Positions 63,863 through 64,000 of a stretch of 64,000 nucleotides of DNA are shown piece after piece. Where the stretch lies: positions 248,001 to 312,000 of the forward strand of contig CDROCS010002866.1 of assembly GCA_977020255.1 (NCBI GenBank), written 5' to 3'. The notes below the pieces were generated by a model. The model had not been told where the DNA came from. It was given only the letters and a program-made list of their open reading frames with translations, and did not search any database. Both the position numbers and the translations under genes were made by a program. This DNA is from Obrimoposthia wandeli (lineage: Eukaryota). Each line of letters opens with the position of its first letter. Positions within the stretch are counted from its first letter, which is position 1.

Positions 63863-64000
63863 GTGCTGCTCTGCCTTCAGTGCTTTTATCACTGATTATT
63901 TTCTCTCTGTTCATCTGTCAATTGCTCTAAAGGCTTAGTCTAAAAGTTATCAGTACCAACATATAGACAGGCTCAATGTTAGAAATGATTTAACATTTCT

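Noticed and set aside
1-64000. CRISPR arrays, rRNA, tRNA, prophage or defence operons
   Set aside because: No regularly spaced repeats, RNA gene signatures, or phage/defence proteins were recognised by eye

Overview
AT-rich chromosomal segment of a probably marine gammaproteobacterium (Oceanospirillales/Pseudomonadales-like gene order; taxonomy is inferred). 1-13.4 kb is accessory: a sugar-acid catabolic cluster (Gfo/Idh/MocA dehydrogenase, lactonase, beta-decarboxylating dehydrogenase, MCP, GntR, otnK, otnC, mgsA). It is interrupted by a decayed IS6 whose transposase is split around a GGDEF-EAL gene, and is followed by a solitary integron-type cassette and a decayed second copy of the topB 3' end. 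13.4-57.2 kb is mostly core: topB, dacB, the hpaR/hpaGGEDFHI homoprotocatechuate pathway, a Tus-like gene with a LexA box, sthA, nqrABCDEF-apbE-nqrM, aspS, ttcA, miaE, metA, mscS, nagZ, psrA, sohB, nhaB and prkA-yeaH-spoVR. 57.2-64 kb is an IS hotspot around an orphan RTX/S-layer-like gene. It holds a complete IS1111-type (IS110 family) element whose right non-coding end has readable target and donor guide segments (bridge/seek RNA architecture). It also holds an IS1595 nested in another IS1595, inserted in a reconstructable LexA box that overlaps the outer transposase -10. No rRNA, tRNA or CRISPR array was seen. All alignments were done by eye; no database searches were run.
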